DNA from: Cyanophora paradoxa CCMP329
Taxonomy: Eukaryota > Plantae > Glaucophyta
DNA length: 64,000 bases
Assembly: GCA_004431415.1 (NCBI GenBank)
Contig: QPMI01000233.1
Span: 62,001 to 126,000, forward strand
Reading direction: 5' to 3'
The notes beneath the pieces are model-generated. The model searched no databases. It was not told the origin of the DNA and saw only the letters and a list, made by a program, of their open reading frames with translations. A program made the position numbers and the translations under genes. Below are positions 61,501-64,000 of the stretch, in pieces. Each line of letters begins with the position of its first letter. Position 1 is the stretch's first letter.

Positions 61501-64000
61501 TTCTCCACAGACACAGCGACGCCCGACGGGGCCGAAGGCGCCGCTGCGCGCGCGCATAGCGCCGTCGGTTGATTCGCAACGTAATGCATCCTGTGAACGG
61601 GGCGGCGGGGCAGCGCGTGCGAACCTGCGGGCACGTCGACTGCGAACGCCGACGCTTCCGACGCCAGGCCTATTGACGCTCGCGCGAGGGCCGAGCACGC
61701 CAGCCTGTAGCCTCCCGTGTACAATGGCGCGACGGCGAGCTCCACCGCCGTCCCGGAAGCGCCAGTGTCGGAGACCGGTACAGGCTTTCCGTACGGTCCG
61801 CCGAAGCCCTCGCACGCCAGCTCCAGCGCCGCTACGCTCTGGCCCGCTGTGAAGTTCAGGAGAACTGAAATGCGTGTCGCGTTTGTTGCCGCGGCCGACT
61901 TGATGAATGGCCGCCAAGGAGACGCTGCGCGAAGGTGCGACAGAGTCAGCGGATTCTGGCGAGCTCACGACCACCCCTCGAAAGAAGTCGCTCACCGGGA
62001 GGAATCGTGGCGATGTCGGAATACGTGACAGCTGCCGACTGTAGTCCCGTGGACGCCCTCACGAGCGCTGTGCACGTGAGGCTGTAGTTTCCGCTGTACT
62101 TCGGCTCCACCGTCAGCGACACGTTGGCCCCCGCCACCGCCCCATCGCTGGCGTTGACGGCGGCAGCCACCGAGTAGAGCCGTCCGTTGCCGGAGCAGTT
62201 CACCTCCGCCCATGCGACGCTCTGGCCTGGCGTAAAGCGCAGGACGGCCGTTGCGCGAGTTGCGTTCTCCACAGACACCGCAAGCTCCAACGGGTCCCAG
62301 GGCGAAGCTGCCGAACACATCGAAGTCAGCGGTCGTGGGCAGCAAGCCGACATGAGTCTCCAGCTGCAAGCTTCGGCCCTGGCCTTGCGAACTATTTTGC
62401 GTCAAATCGTTCCAATCCTACTATCCCTCCCGTCTAGCTAAATAGAGACACTCATTCTCGCCCTTATGATCGGTCCCAACGCTAACGAACAACGCACCAG
62501 CCGGAACCCACACTGAGCTCGACGGCACAGCCAGCGCCGACGGAAGGCCCGTCGACCCCCTCACCAGCGCCGTGCACGCCAGCGTGTAGTTCCCGCTGTA
62601 CTTCGGCGCCACCGTCAGTGCCACGCTCGCCTCCGCCGCCGCCCCGTCGCTCGCGTTGACGGAAGCGAATGCGGCGTACGGGCCGCCATGGCCCGAGCAG
62701 TTCAGCTCCGCCCTCGCGACGCTCTGCCCCGGCGTGAACCGCAGCAAGGCCGTCACGCGGGTCGCGTTCTCCACAGACACAGCGACGCTCGACGGGGCCG
62801 AAGGCGCCGCTGCGCGCGCGCATAGCGCCGTCAGTCGATTCGCAACGTAACGCACACTATGAACGGGGCGGCGGGGCAGCGAGTGCGAACCTGCGGGCAC
62901 GTCGACTGCGAACGCCGACGCTTCCGACGCCAGGCCTGTTGACGCTCGCGCGAGGGCCGAGCACGCCAGCCTGTAGCCTCCCGTGTACAATGGCGCGACG
63001 GCGAGCTCCACCGACGTCCCGGAAGCGCCAGTGTCGGAGACCGGTACAGGCTTTTCGTACGGTCCGCCGAAGCCCTCGCACGCCAGCTCCAGCGCCGCTA
63101 CGCTCTGGCCCGCTGTCAAGTTCAGGAGGACAGAAATGCGTGTCGCGTTTGTTGCCGCGGCCGACTTGATGAATGGCCGCCAAGGAGACGCTGCGCGAAG
63201 GTGCGACAGAGTCAGCGGATTCCGGCGAGCTCACGACCACCCCTCGAAAGAAGTCGCTCACCGGGAGGAATCGTGGCGATGTCGGAATACGTGACAGCTG
63301 CCGACTGTAGTCCCGTGGACGCCCTCACGAGCGCTGTGCACGTGAGGCTGTAGTTTCCGCTGTACTTCGGCTCCACCGTCAGCGACACGTTGGCCCCCGC
63401 CACCGCCCCATCGCTGGCGTTGACGGCGGCAGCCACCGAGTAGAGCCGTCCATCGCCGGAGCAGTTCACCTCCGCCCATGCGACGCTCTGGCCTGGCATA
63501 AAACGCAGGACGGCCGTTGCGCGAGTCGCGTTCTCCACAGACACCGCAAGCTGTAACGGGCCCCAGGGCGAAGCTGCCGAACACATCGAAGTCAGCGGTC
63601 GTGGGCAGCAAACTGACATGGGTCTCCGGCTGCGCATGCAAGCTTCGGCCCTGGCCTTGCGAACTATTTTGCGTCAAATCGTTCCAATCCTACTATCCCG
63701 TCTAGCTAAATAGAGACACTCATGCTCGCCCTTATGATCGGTCCCAACGCTAACGAACAACGCACCAGCCGGAACCCACACTGAGCTCGACGGCACAGCC
63801 AGCGCCGACGGAAGGCCCGTCGACCCCCTCACCAGCGCCGTGCACGCCAGCGTGTAGTTCCCGTTGTACTTCGGCGCCACCGTCAGTGCCACGCTCGCCT
63901 CCGCCGCCGCCCCGTCGCTCGCGTTGACGGAAGCGAATGCAGAGTGCGGGCCGCCATGGCCCGAGCAGTTCAGTTCCGCCCTCGCGACGCTCTGGCCCGG
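49510..64000 (-). CDS. Giant single-pass receptor-like protein kinase (5' end beyond window): beta-sandwich repeats - Kelch-like propeller - Pro/Ser stalk - SEA-like domain - TM - RD Ser/Thr (TKL-like) kinase
   Basis: Kinase exons: LLGEGAFGR|VY, AVKEV, CRHPNVLPV, LDFALQIASG|LAYLHHELPQPVAHRDL|KPQNILL, LRVCDFG|ISR..RGTL|LYMPPE|..KTD|VWAFGIVLTEMLTG, SCLEKKPHKRPSF; stop TGA at 49510-49512. TM segment AAGVAALLAAVLLFVYV-RRKRR at ~52275-52345. Kelch-like motifs: GDVYVLD, DAWVELPALPNPRTGH, VYDGRVWVMAG. Confidence 0.9.
55385..64000 (-). repeat. Tandem array of ~1266-1272-bp units, each 3 exons + 3 introns encoding three ~100-105-aa FN3/Ig-like domains
   Basis: The same intronic marker occurs at 57347, 58619, 59885, 61155, 62421 and 63693. 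There are six near-identical triplets (the last partial) and more divergent domains at 54660-56470. Confidence 0.95.

Noticed and set aside
55385-64000. Dscam-style mutually exclusive exon cluster
   Set aside because: All exons have normal donors and acceptors, spliceable introns and near-identical copies, so constitutive inclusion is the simpler reading; only skipping potential is noted.
1-64000. tRNA, rRNA or autonomous transposase/reverse-transcriptase genes
   Set aside because: None could be recognised by eye; tRNAscan, Infernal and a TE-protein search would be needed to exclude them.

Overview
GC-rich, intron-dense eukaryotic nuclear DNA. Introns are mostly 55-120 nt, with GTGCGC/GTCCGC/GTACCC-type and frequent GC donors and a GCTGAC-like branch site. 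This style, plus a Phe-containing plastid transit peptide, suggests an archaeplastid alga such as the glaucophyte Cyanophora (inference). Because of the introns, most ORF-track entries are fragments or shadow frames, so I spliced the genes by hand. In order: ICMT (5'-truncated), NEK-type kinase, F-box protein, plastid-type TauE/SafE transporter, a lipidation-motif DUF4062-NACHT-WD40 protein, a ~3.8-4 kb tandem duplication carrying a right-handed beta-helix gene (second copy frameshifted), a RING/TRAF-zinc-finger coiled-coil protein, a SET-domain remnant, a large JmjC chromatin protein, a lower-GC secreted SP-repeat protein, and a very large receptor-like kinase that continues past the window end. 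The kinase has about 23 one-exon-per-domain beta-sandwich repeats, Kelch-like and SEA-like regions, a TM helix and a kinase domain. The most striking signal comes from aligning duplicated DNA. About 15 indel sites follow one rule: a trinucleotide XYZ in one copy is XYZ+revcomp(XYZ)+XYZ in the other, an in-frame +6 bp palindromic 'mirror' insertion. This is the footprint expected from hairpin-sealed breaks, such as excision of a 3-bp-TSD transposon, and it plausibly explains why the non-coding DNA is saturated with hexamer palindromes.
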